This document shows, one piece after another, positions 17,321-25,729 of a DNA stretch of 64,000 bases (the first letter of the stretch is position 1; every line of letters starts with the position of its first letter). The notes beneath the pieces were generated by a model that worked only from the letters and a program-made list of their open reading frames with translations, was not told where the DNA came from and did not search any database. This DNA comes from an uncultured Actinomycetota bacterium (GTDB taxonomy: Bacteria; Actinomycetota; Actinomycetes; JACCUZ01), in NCBI GenBank assembly GCA_963839955.1, contig CAWIXB010000001.1:3672248-3736247 (forward strand). Direction: 5' to 3'. The position numbers and the translations under genes are program-made.

Positions 17321-18213
17321 GACGCCGCGCGACTCGCCGCCGCAGTCCCCGTACGCCGCTCGGCTGCCGCCGCAGCCGGACTGCGACCCAGCAGCGCCGC
17401 GAGTAGCAGTGACGTGGCCCGGCCCACCAGCCGGGCCGGGACGGCCGGCAACAACGGCCGCGCCGCGAGCAGGTCGCGCAGGTCCGAGGGCAGCGTGGCC
17501 GCCGCAGCGGCAGCGATCACCCGGTAGGGCGCCCGGATGTGCAACGGGAACGGCGGGTCCAGAAGGAAGCGGTGAGCGTTCGCGGTCGTCGCGGTGCGCG
17601 CAAGCTGGGGCCGGTAATGGCCGTAGGAAGCCCGCAAGTCGGCGACGCTGTGCGGCACGTGAGCGGCCCCCAGGTACTCGCCCACCCTGGCGGTCTCGTC
17701 GAGATAGCGGTCACCGTCGAAGACCGTGGTGCCGTAGCGGCGCACGGCCTCGGCGAGCGAGTCGACCAGGGCGAGATGGACCCAGCCGAGCAGCTCGGGG
17801 TCCGCCGCGTCGTACGGCTCACCCGTCTCCGTCGTTCCGCGGACCGGCTCGTGCGCCCGGCGCACTCGTTGGCACGCCTGCTCGGCCTGCTCTGACGTGC
17901 CGAACGTCGTTACGGTGACGAAGGCGGCGGTGCGCTGGAGGCGTGACTCGGGGTCCTCGCGGTAGGCCGAGTGCTGCTCGAAGCCCGCCAGCACGGTGGG
18001 GTGCATCGCCTGGACGAGCAGCGCGCGGACCGCACCGACGAGGGTGGCCGCGTCGGCGTTCACCCGCCAGGTGGTCGAGCCGGGCCCGAACCAGCCCGCG
18101 TCCCCCGGCTCGTCGATCGCCCGCAGCCAGGGCGCCCCGGCGTCCGGGTGCCCGGTGAGCAGGGTGCGGACGGCGGCGCGCGGTGATCCGACGGGCAGCG
18201 CGAGTCCGGCCAT
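17317..18213 (-). CDS. DUF2236 / MpaB-family oxygenase-like protein
   Basis: Motifs seen: GPGSTTWRV, LLVQAMHPTVLAG, RLQRTAAFV, LLGWVH. ATG 18213 is preceded by GGGGAAGGGGG. Confidence 0.7.
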   Translation of the reverse strand: MAGLALPVGSPRAAVRTLLTGHPDAGAPWLRAIDEPGDAGWFGPGSTTWRVNADAATLVGAVRALLVQAMHPTVLAGFEQHSAYREDPESRLQRTAAFVTVTTFGTSEQAEQACQRVRRAHEPVRGTTETGEPYDAADPELLGWVHLALVDSLAEAVRRYGTTVFDGDRYLDETARVGEYLGAAHVPHSVADLRASYGHYRPQLARTATTANAHRFLLDPPFPLHIRAPYRVIAAAAAATLPSDLRDLLAARPLLPAVPARLVGRATSLLLAALLGRSPAAAAAERRTGTAAASRAAS

Positions 18214-18352
18214 GCCGACCCCCTTCCCCAAGCGACGCGCGGATCCCCCCATTCCCGCGACAAGTGTGCCTCCAGTCGCCCACAAGTCGGCGGCAGCACG
18301 GTGTATCCGAGCCGGAGCCCGCCGCATCCACGAAGTAGCACCCGACAAGCCC

Positions 18353-18438
18353 CCTGGTTGCCGGCTCCGCCGGCAGCCCCTGATTGCCGGCTCCGCCGGC
18401 AGCCGATGCCGGCTCCTGATTGCCGGCTCCGCCGGCGA
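18353..18438. promoter_or_regulatory. Array of TGCCGGC-TCC-GCCGGCA palindromes in a divergent promoter region
   Basis: Full 17-nt palindromes at 18359-18375, 18385-18401 and 18421-18437, each within a 26-nt repeat unit CCCTGrTTGCCGGCTCCGCCGGCAGC. A half-site lies at 18407-18416. Confidence 0.6.
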
Positions 18439-18462
18439 CACGCACCACCGAGAGGGAACGAC

Positions 18463-19011
18463 ATGACCGCCACGCTCACCCGAAGCCGCGACCTCGCCCT
18501 GCCGCAGGCCGGCACCTGGGCGATCGACCCCGCGCGGGCGCGGGTCTCCTTCTCCGGCCGTACGTCGTTCCTGACGCCGACGATGAGCGCCCGGTTCACC
18601 GACGTGAGCGGCCGCATCAACGTCGGCCACGAGGCCGAGTCGGGCGAGATCGACGTCGAGGTCGGCGTCGACTCGGTGACGACCGGCACCCGGGCGTACG
18701 ACGAGCTCATCTCGTCCTTCGACCCGTTCGACGCGAGCCGCTTCCCCGTCGCGACCTACCGGAGCACGTCGATCACCTGGTCGGGGTCAGAGGCGCTGGT
18801 CGAGGGTGCGCTGACACTGCGTGGTGTACGGTGCTCGGTCGCGCTCACCGCGGCGTACGCCGTGAGCCGCGACGACCGGATGCTGATCCGCGGTGGCGCC
18901 ACCATCGACCGCGAGGCGTTCGGGGTGCGCTTCGAGATCCCCGGGCTCGGCCGGATCGTGCCGCGCGCCATGCGCCTCGAGATCGACGTCGACGCCACCT
19001 GGCTCGGCTGA
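18463..19011 (+). CDS. YceI-family polyisoprenoid-binding protein
   Basis: 182 aa. Motifs seen: GTWAIDPARARVSFSGR and AFGVRFEIPGLG. ATG 18463 follows GAGAGGGA. Confidence 0.8.
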   Translation: MTATLTRSRDLALPQAGTWAIDPARARVSFSGRTSFLTPTMSARFTDVSGRINVGHEAESGEIDVEVGVDSVTTGTRAYDELISSFDPFDASRFPVATYRSTSITWSGSEALVEGALTLRGVRCSVALTAAYAVSRDDRMLIRGGATIDREAFGVRFEIPGLGRIVPRAMRLEIDVDATWLG

Positions 19012-19016
19012 GTCGG

Positions 19017-19649
19017 TCAGGCGTTCATCCGCGACATCGCGAGCGTGACCAGCGTGATCAGTGCCTGCTTGGTCGCCTGTCGTGAGCGCGCGTCGGTGTA
19101 GAGGACGGGCACCTCGGCGCGGATGGCGAGCGCCTCGCGCACCTCTTCGAGTGAGTGCCTGGCCACGCCGTCGAAGCAGTTAACCGCGACCACGAACGGG
19201 ATCTGGCGGGACTCGAAGTAGTCCACGGCGCCGAAGCACGCCTCGAGGCGACTCGTGTCGACCAGCACGACGGCGCCGATCGCCCCGCGCACCAGGTCGT
19301 CCCACATGAAGTGGAAGCGGTCCTGGCCGGGGGTACCGAACAGGTAGAGCCACAGGTCGCCCGGCAGCGCGATGCGACCGAAGTCCATCGCGACCGTCGT
19401 GCTGGTCTTACGATCGGCCACGTCCCCCGCGTCGTCGACACCGAGGCTGTGCTCGGTCATTGCCGCCTCGGTCGAGAGCGGCTCGATGTCGGAGATGGAG
19501 CCGATGAAGGTCGTCTTACCGACGGAGAAGCCGCCCGCGATGACGATCTTGACGGTGATGGGCGCAGCATGCTCCGCGACGTCCTCCGGCGGCTGCGGCA
19601 CGGTGGACGTGTCGACCTGCGCCGCCACGTCAGAGCGAGGAAATGCCAT
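19017..19649 (-). CDS. cvnD: Conservon small GTPase (CvnD / MglA-like ATP/GTP-binding protein)
   Basis: P-loop GGFSVGKTTF, plus LFGTPGQDRF and VAVNCFD motifs. Confidence 0.85.
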   Translation of the reverse strand: MAFPRSDVAAQVDTSTVPQPPEDVAEHAAPITVKIVIAGGFSVGKTTFIGSISDIEPLSTEAAMTEHSLGVDDAGDVADRKTSTTVAMDFGRIALPGDLWLYLFGTPGQDRFHFMWDDLVRGAIGAVVLVDTSRLEACFGAVDYFESRQIPFVVAVNCFDGVARHSLEEVREALAIRAEVPVLYTDARSRQATKQALITLVTLAMSRMNA

Positions 19650-19995
19650 CGAGAACACTCTCCAGAACCTCGAGGTTGTCTGCGGGTGACACAGAGTCGG
19701 ACGACGCGCCGTGCACGACGACCAGCCGTTCGTCGGCCAGGTCGCCGACCAGGACGCGGATCACGCCAATCGGAAGGGACAGGTGGGCCGAGAGCTCGAC
19801 GACCGAGAGGACCTTGTCGCGGACGAGCGCCACGATGCGGCCCCGCTCCGGTGCGCCGACGGCGAGCGTGGGAGCACCCACGGCTCGGACCAGCGCCTCG
19901 AGAGGGAGGTAGCCGCGTCTCGCGGTGGTACGTCCCCGGGTGAGGGTGTACGGCCGGACCAGCCGATCACCCCGCTCCAGGTCGTCCTCGGACAC
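19630..19995 (-). CDS. cvnC: DUF742 protein (CvnC)
   Basis: VRPYTLTRGRT motif and a winged-helix-like SVVELSAHLSLPIGVIRVLVGDL segment. Confidence 0.85.
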   Translation of the reverse strand: MSEDDLERGDRLVRPYTLTRGRTTARRGYLPLEALVRAVGAPTLAVGAPERGRIVALVRDKVLSVVELSAHLSLPIGVIRVLVGDLADERLVVVHGASSDSVSPADNLEVLESVLDGISSL

Positions 19996-20003
19996 GTCGA
20001 GTC

Positions 20004-20459
20004 CTAGCCCTGCACGCCGGCGAACTGACCGGCCTCGCCGAGCGGCAGCCGGGCACGCATCTCACTGACCAGCTGCGGGGTCAACGTCGCTTCGGTGCGC
20101 GTGACGAGCAGGGTCATCTCGTAGCCGACCATCCCGACGTCACAGGCACCCTCGGCGACGACCGCGAGCACGGACCCGTCGCTGATGCTGGTGACGAACA
20201 GGAACAGGTCATCCATCTCGACGATGGCCTGGCGGACCTCGCCCGCGTTCAGCTGTCGCGCGGCGCCGCGCGTCAGGCTGGACATGCCCGAGACGATCGC
20301 CGCGAGCTGGTCGCCGCTGGTGCGGTCGAGCTCGTCGGACATGGTCATCAGTAGGCCGTCGGCGGACACCACGAGGGTATGCCGCACGCCCGGCACGTTC
20401 TTGACGAAGTTGGCGAGCAACCAGCTGAAGCTGGCCGCCTCACTACTGAGAATGGTCAC
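20004..20459 (-). CDS. cvnB: Roadblock/LC7 domain protein (CvnB)
   Basis: SWLLANFVKNVPGVRHTLVVSADGL is typical of the roadblock/MglB family. Confidence 0.85.
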   Translation of the reverse strand: MTILSSEAASFSWLLANFVKNVPGVRHTLVVSADGLLMTMSDELDRTSGDQLAAIVSGMSSLTRGAARQLNAGEVRQAIVEMDDLFLFVTSISDGSVLAVVAEGACDVGMVGYEMTLLVTRTEATLTPQLVSEMRARLPLGEAGQFAGVQG

Positions 20460-20482
20460 GTCGGTTTCCTCCGGCTCGCGGA

Positions 20483-23400
20483 TCAGCTGGTGGGTTCGGA
20501 ATCGGGCACAGGCGCCTCGGCCGGCGGCTGGGATGGCGGTTCGGACGGAGGATCTGCCTTCTCACCCTCGGCGTCGCGACCGCGCTCTACACCGGCCCGG
20601 AAGCCGGAGAGCATGCCCCGGACCTTGTCAGCATCGCGTTCCGGACGTGGCGCGGCGGGGGCGTCGGCGACGGCCGTTGCGGCTGCTGCCGGGCTGCGTC
20701 GGGTGAGACCCTCGCGGGCCGCCGCGGCCTGGCCTGCGCTCGGCGTGAACGTCGGCTCGTAGAGACCACGCAGCTCCGAGAGCGCGTCGGAGTGCAGTTG
20801 GGCGCTCTCTGCGCGCTGAGCCAGCGACTGCGGTTCGACGGGTGCTGCGGCGGCCACCACGGGTACTGCTTCTTCCTCGACAGGCTCGTCCGGCGCCTCG
20901 GCCGGGGGACGGTCGGGTGCCGCGAACGTGTCGGCGGCGAAGCTGGGTACCGGTTGGGCAGGCGCGAACACCGTCGCGGGCGCGGCGGACTCCGTCACGG
21001 GCGGCGCAGTCGTGCTCGCCGCTCGTTGCGGAGCTGTACCGATCGATGCGGGCGCGGTCGGTGCGGCGGGTACGACGGGCGCCGAGGCAGCGTTCGCGGC
21101 CTCCAGGGCTCGCGCGGCCTTCCTGTCCTTCCGGCTGGACTTCGCCGGCCTGGCCTTCATCGGCCCACCAGGCAGGATGTCGACCGCGGGGGCGTAGACG
21201 AACAGCGGGCGTGCGGGCTCGGGCTGGGGCTGGGGCTGGGGCTGGGGCTCGGGCTGAGATTGGGGCTGGTGCTCGGGGAACGCCTCCGGCGCGGGGACCG
21301 CGGCCGCGAGCTCGGACGAGAACCAGGACGCAGACGGAGCAGGCTCGTCGTCGGAAGCCTTCAGCGCGGCCAGGACGGCGGGCAATGCCTCGGCAAGCTC
21401 GTTGGTGTCCACGGCGGCCGCGTCGGCCGCTTCGGTGATCGACTCGTCGACCGTCACGTCGTCGGAAACCGACTCGTCCGGGATCGGCTCGGCGACCTTC
21501 GCCGACTTCGCGCCGCGGCTGAACATCCGGTGGCGGGGGGCCGGGACCGGGACAACCTCAGCAATGGGCTCGTCGATCACCTCACCATCAGGCTCGACGA
21601 CCGGCTCATCGACTCTCTCGACGACCTCGGCCACCGGCTCGCCGTGCGTGTCACCCACGTCGACAACCGGCTCGGCGCTCACCTCGACAACCTCGGCAAC
21701 CGTCTCGTCCGCTGCCTCGGCAACCGGCTCGAGCACAAGGCCCCGGCGGTTGTGGCGGGTGAAGCGACGGCGGCGCACCGGAGGTGCTTCGCCGGTCACT
21801 TCTGCGGCGTGCTCAGCGGTCTCGACAGCGTCATCGTCGAGCATCTCGGCGACAAGCTCGACGGGTTCGTCGTCCGAGGTCCCGACCGCGGTCTCGACCG
21901 GCGTCTCGTCCGGGGTCTCGTACGGCAGCTCCTCGGCCGCCGGCGCCGGCGGCCCTGCGTGCGCCTCGTCGGGTGCAGCGTCGAAGGCCACCAGATCGTC
22001 GGCGTCGTCAACTGCCGGCGGGACAACGTCGGCGCGGTTCGACGACGACTTGCGAGAGAAACGTTTGCGGCGCGGCTTCGACGTCGGCCGGTCCTCGACG
22101 TGGTGGCCGGCCAGCTTGGCGGTCAGCTCGTCCGTCACGTCGTAGGAATGCTCGTACTCGTACTCGAGGTCGAACCCGGGCTGGGTCGTCGGCTCTGCGA
22201 CCTCGACGACAACCTCGACAGCTTCGTCCGCAACAACCTCGTCAGCAGCCTCGGCAACAACCTCGTCAGCCGCCGCGGCGACTACCTCGTCAGGAACGAC
22301 CTCAGCAGCCACGACCTCGGCGGCAATTTCGTCGACCACCACCACGGAGGGCGCGTCGGCGACGGCATCGGGGACCTCGTCGGTCGCTTCGGCTGCGGCC
22401 TCGTCCGCGAACACCAGGGGAGCGGCCATGCCCTCGAACACGGTGTGCGGCAAGGCAACCGCGACGACGGTGCCCGTCGAGGCGCCGGGGCGCAGCTCGA
22501 CGGTCGCACCGAGCCGTGCGGCGAGACGGCCGACGACCAGCATGCCGACGCGCTGCGACACAGCGATCTCGGCGATGGGCGGGTCGACGATGGTGGCATT
22601 GGCCGCGGCGTACTGCTCGGTGCTCATGCCGAGGCCGGTGTCGGTGATCGTGAGGTCGACGCTGTGCGCGTGCATGACGGCAGACACCACGACGCGGGTG
22701 TCCGGGTTGGAGAAGTGGGTCGCGTTCTCCAGCAGCTCGGCGAGCAAGTGGGCCGCGGGGAGTGCGAGGTGGGCCGAGACGTCGCGATCCTCCGTCATGG
22801 ACAGGTCCACCCGGTCGTACGCCTCGATCTCACCGACTGCTGTGCGGATGACGTCGGAGAGCGGCTGCGCGCGGCGCAGGCGACGGGTGGCATCGATGCC
22901 CGCGAGCACGAGCAGGCTCTCGGCGTTGCGGCGCATGCGGGTAGCAAGGTGGTCGAGTTTGAAGAGGTCGTCGAGGGTCGCGGGGTCTTCCTCGCCGGCT
23001 TCCATCCGGTCGAGGTTCGCGAGCTGGCGGCCGAGCAGGACCTGGTTGCGGCGCGCGACGTTGACGAACATCTCGGCGATGCTCGCGCGCAGCGCGGCCT
23101 GCTCGCCGGCGACGCGGACGGTGATCTCGTTGACGGTGTTGAAGGCTTCGGCGAGCTGTCCGATCTCGTCGCGAGACTCGGCGGCAATCGGTTCGACGTG
23201 GACGCCGGGTCCGTCGCCGGGGGTCAGCATCCGGGCCACCATGCGCGGCAGCTCCTCGCCGACCTGGGTGGCGGCGAGCGTGAGGCGGCGCAGGGGGCGG
23301 GTGATGCGAGCAGCCAGCGCGACGGCCAGTGAGACGGTGACCAGCAGGCCGAGCCCGGCGGCACCGACGAGCAGGTAGGCCTGCCCCTCGGACGCCTCAG

Positions 23401-23494
23401 CGCGCACCAGCAGCGTGGTCGCGGCGACGAGAAGCACAGTCGGGATCGCCAGGACGGCCAGGAGCTTCGTGCGAACGCCGGCGTGACGGAGCAT
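20483..23494 (-). CDS. cvnA: Conservon sensor histidine-kinase-like protein (CvnA) with a roughly 570-aa low-complexity C-terminal tail
   Basis: ATG 23494 follows GGGAAGG. Two closely spaced TM segments, HAMP (DEIGQLAEAFN) and HATPase_c (LLENATHFS, DTGLGM). After that the sequence is A/E/V/D/P-rich to the stop. Confidence 0.85.
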   Translation of the reverse strand: MLRHAGVRTKLLAVLAIPTVLLVAATTLLVRAEASEGQAYLLVGAAGLGLLVTVSLAVALAARITRPLRRLTLAATQVGEELPRMVARMLTPGDGPGVHVEPIAAESRDEIGQLAEAFNTVNEITVRVAGEQAALRASIAEMFVNVARRNQVLLGRQLANLDRMEAGEEDPATLDDLFKLDHLATRMRRNAESLLVLAGIDATRRLRRAQPLSDVIRTAVGEIEAYDRVDLSMTEDRDVSAHLALPAAHLLAELLENATHFSNPDTRVVVSAVMHAHSVDLTITDTGLGMSTEQYAAANATIVDPPIAEIAVSQRVGMLVVGRLAARLGATVELRPGASTGTVVAVALPHTVFEGMAAPLVFADEAAAEATDEVPDAVADAPSVVVVDEIAAEVVAAEVVPDEVVAAAADEVVAEAADEVVADEAVEVVVEVAEPTTQPGFDLEYEYEHSYDVTDELTAKLAGHHVEDRPTSKPRRKRFSRKSSSNRADVVPPAVDDADDLVAFDAAPDEAHAGPPAPAAEELPYETPDETPVETAVGTSDDEPVELVAEMLDDDAVETAEHAAEVTGEAPPVRRRRFTRHNRRGLVLEPVAEAADETVAEVVEVSAEPVVDVGDTHGEPVAEVVERVDEPVVEPDGEVIDEPIAEVVPVPAPRHRMFSRGAKSAKVAEPIPDESVSDDVTVDESITEAADAAAVDTNELAEALPAVLAALKASDDEPAPSASWFSSELAAAVPAPEAFPEHQPQSQPEPQPQPQPQPEPARPLFVYAPAVDILPGGPMKARPAKSSRKDRKAARALEAANAASAPVVPAAPTAPASIGTAPQRAASTTAPPVTESAAPATVFAPAQPVPSFAADTFAAPDRPPAEAPDEPVEEEAVPVVAAAAPVEPQSLAQRAESAQLHSDALSELRGLYEPTFTPSAGQAAAAREGLTRRSPAAAATAVADAPAAPRPERDADKVRGMLSGFRAGVERGRDAEGEKADPPSEPPSQPPAEAPVPDSEPTS
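21215..21273. repeat. Hexanucleotide tandem repeat (GGGCTS)n inside cvnA
   Basis: Seven uninterrupted GGGCT[G/C] units at 21215-21256, plus degenerate units to 21273. They encode PEPQPQPQPQPEP on the minus strand. Confidence 0.9.
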
Positions 23495-23687
23495 GAGGGC
23501 CTTCCCACTGGTGGGCGGTCGTGACGGTCGGATGAGCGTGCTCGGAGCGTGCGGGTCGAGCGGGGTCAGGGCCGGAGGGGGCAAGCGTCGGACCGGCACA
23601 GACAAGACAGTGACTTTGATCGGCCGAATACCGGCGATCCTTGAGGCGGCCGGCCCGCCTCTACGGCGCCTCCCTACGCTGACCGGC

Positions 23688-24674
23688 ATGAAAGCGGTGA
23701 CCATCAGCGAGCCAGGCGGCCCGGAGGTCCTCACCTGGGCCGACGTCCCCGACGCCCGGGCCGGGCGTGGCGAGGCCGTCGTCGAGGTCGTCGCGACGGC
23801 CGTGAACAGGGCAGACCTGCACCAGCGCGCGGGTCGCTACGACCCGCCGCCCGGCGCCTCGCCGTACCTCGGTCTGGAGTGCTCGGGGCGCATCGCCGCG
23901 CTCGGCGAGGGCACCGAGGGGTCTGGCTGGTCCGTCGGCGACGAGGTGTGCGCGCTGCTCTCCGGGGGCGGGTACGCCGAGCTGGTGGCGGTCCCCGTCG
24001 GCCAGCTGCTGCCCGCGCCCAAGGGATCGACCCTGGTCGAGGCCGCCGCCCTGCCCGAGGTGGTCTGCACGGTCTGGTCGAACGTGTTCATGCTCGCCGG
24101 GCTGCGCCCCGACGAGACCCTGCTCGTCCACGGGGGTTCGTCCGGAGTCGGCACCATGGCGATCCAGCTCGCCGCCAACCTGGGCGCGCGGGTCGCCGTT
24201 ACCGCAGGCACGGCCGGCAAGCTCGAACGCTGCAAGGAGTTAGGCGCAAGCATCCTGGTGAACTACCGCGAGCAGGACTTTGTCGAGGTGGTGAAGGAGG
24301 CGACCGACGGGAACGGCGCCGACGTGGTCCTGGACAACATGGGCGCGAAGTACCTCGCGCGCAACGTCGAGGTGCTGGCCGCCAACGGTCGGCTCGCGGT
24401 CGTCGGCATGCAGGGTGGCGTCAAGGCCGAGCTCGACATCGGCCTCCTCATGCGCAAGCGCGCCGCGATCCTGGCGGCTCTGTTGCGCGCACGGCCGACG
24501 AAGGAGAAGGCCGCGATCGTGGCGTCGGTGCGCGAGCACGTCTGGCCGCTCATCGAGGCCGGCGACATCCGGCCGATCGTCGATCGCACGGTTCCGATCG
24601 AGCAGGCCGCAGAAGCGCACCGCGCCGTCGAGGCCAGTGAGCACGTCGGCAAGGTGCTGCTCACGCGTTCGTAG
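23688..24674 (+). CDS. NAD(P)H:quinone oxidoreductase (zeta-crystallin/PIG3 MDR family)
   Basis: MKAVTISEPGGPEVL, VNRADLHQRAG and GGSSGVGT motifs. ATG at 23688. Confidence 0.85.
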   Translation: MKAVTISEPGGPEVLTWADVPDARAGRGEAVVEVVATAVNRADLHQRAGRYDPPPGASPYLGLECSGRIAALGEGTEGSGWSVGDEVCALLSGGGYAELVAVPVGQLLPAPKGSTLVEAAALPEVVCTVWSNVFMLAGLRPDETLLVHGGSSGVGTMAIQLAANLGARVAVTAGTAGKLERCKELGASILVNYREQDFVEVVKEATDGNGADVVLDNMGAKYLARNVEVLAANGRLAVVGMQGGVKAELDIGLLMRKRAAILAALLRARPTKEKAAIVASVREHVWPLIEAGDIRPIVDRTVPIEQAAEAHRAVEASEHVGKVLLTRS

Positions 24675-25662
24675 TCGACCGCGCCTTCGCGTCAGCAGCA
24701 GTGGCCCGGCGTACGACGGGCACGCGCTTGGCGAACGCGTCCATCTCGAGAACCGGGCGCATGCCGACGGACTCGTAGAGCGCGAGCGCACTCGTGACGT
24801 TGGCGACGTCGACGTGCAGTACGACCGCCGCGCGCCCGTCCTCGCGGGCCGCCGCGAAGTAGAGGCGCAGCATCGCCTTCGCGACACCGCGGCCCCGACC
24901 GCGTGGGAGGACACCCAGGGTGCGCACATACCCCGCGTCCTCGGTCTCGACGAACTGCGCAGTGCCGATCATCACGCCGACCGGGTCGCCGTCGAGCTCG
25001 GCCAGCCAGAGGCGCACCCAGGCCGGGGGGTGCTCGACCAGCCACTTGTGCCAGTCGTCGAAGGACTGCGGCACGACGCCGTAGTGGTCGGCGAACGACT
25101 CCTCGTTGATGACGTAGGCGGCGTGCAGGTCGTCCTCGTTCTGGCTGACGTCGACGGTGAGGTCGATCTCACGGATCACGACGCCGGGTGCCGGAACCGG
25201 TGCCGTGCTGTCGGCACCGGAGACTTGTTCGAAGTCCACGCGCATCCGCGTGAACGTGGTGCCCACGTCGTAGCCCCTGGCCCGCAGCCAGCCTTGAGTG
25301 CGGGTGTCCTGGCGGTAGGCGGCGGTGTCGAAGAGCACGTCGTCGTGCCCGTGCTCGGCGGCCATCGCCAGCCCGGCCGACTCGAGGTCGCCGACGAGGT
25401 CGATGCCGAGCGCGGCGTCCCGGTCGGGGTGCACGTAGGCGTCGAGCTCGGCCTGGGTGGAGCCACTGCGGACCTTCACCCAGCCGTAGGCGGCGAGAGT
25501 GCCGTCGTCGTACCACCCCACCTGGTGCACGTTGTCGCGAGCCAGGTCGACCTCGAGCTCGGTGAGGGTGTAGTCGCTCTTGCCCAGCACCGCGGTGTCG
25601 CTGGCCATGAGCAGCGCGAAGATCTCGGGGGCGTCGTCAACGGTGACCGGTCGGGACTGCAC
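24661..25662 (-). CDS. GNAT-family N-acetyltransferase with two tandem GNAT-like halves
   Basis: RGRGRGVAKAML acetyl-CoA loop in the C-terminal half. The start is ambiguous. GTG 25662 is preferred because ATG 25731 would overlap the divergent bpa start. Confidence 0.65.
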   Translation of the reverse strand: MQSRPVTVDDAPEIFALLMASDTAVLGKSDYTLTELEVDLARDNVHQVGWYDDGTLAAYGWVKVRSGSTQAELDAYVHPDRDAALGIDLVGDLESAGLAMAAEHGHDDVLFDTAAYRQDTRTQGWLRARGYDVGTTFTRMRVDFEQVSGADSTAPVPAPGVVIREIDLTVDVSQNEDDLHAAYVINEESFADHYGVVPQSFDDWHKWLVEHPPAWVRLWLAELDGDPVGVMIGTAQFVETEDAGYVRTLGVLPRGRGRGVAKAMLRLYFAAAREDGRAAVVLHVDVANVTSALALYESVGMRPVLEMDAFAKRVPVVRRATAADAKARSTTNA

Positions 25663-25729
25663 GAGCGCCAGGGTGACACGGCCGCACCCTGGGGAGCCAC
25701 CGCATTGCGGGTGAGTGAGGATGGTCGCC

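Noticed and set aside
18353-18438. Possible CRISPR array. The same was considered for the hexamer repeat at 21215-21273.
   Set aside because: There are only 2-3 short units with no unique spacers of CRISPR length, and no cas genes. One set is inside a coding region and the other in a promoter gap.
20792-23332. 846-aa plus-strand ORF antisense to cvnA. The same applies to the long ORFs 32762-35320 (+), 50702-52732 (-), 30516-32330 (-), 14104-15207 (-), 331-1335 (-) and many others in the track.
   Set aside because: Their composition is extreme Arg/Gly/Pro/His with no motifs. Each lies opposite or out of frame to a gene with clear family signatures. These are typical open shadow frames of a high-GC genome.
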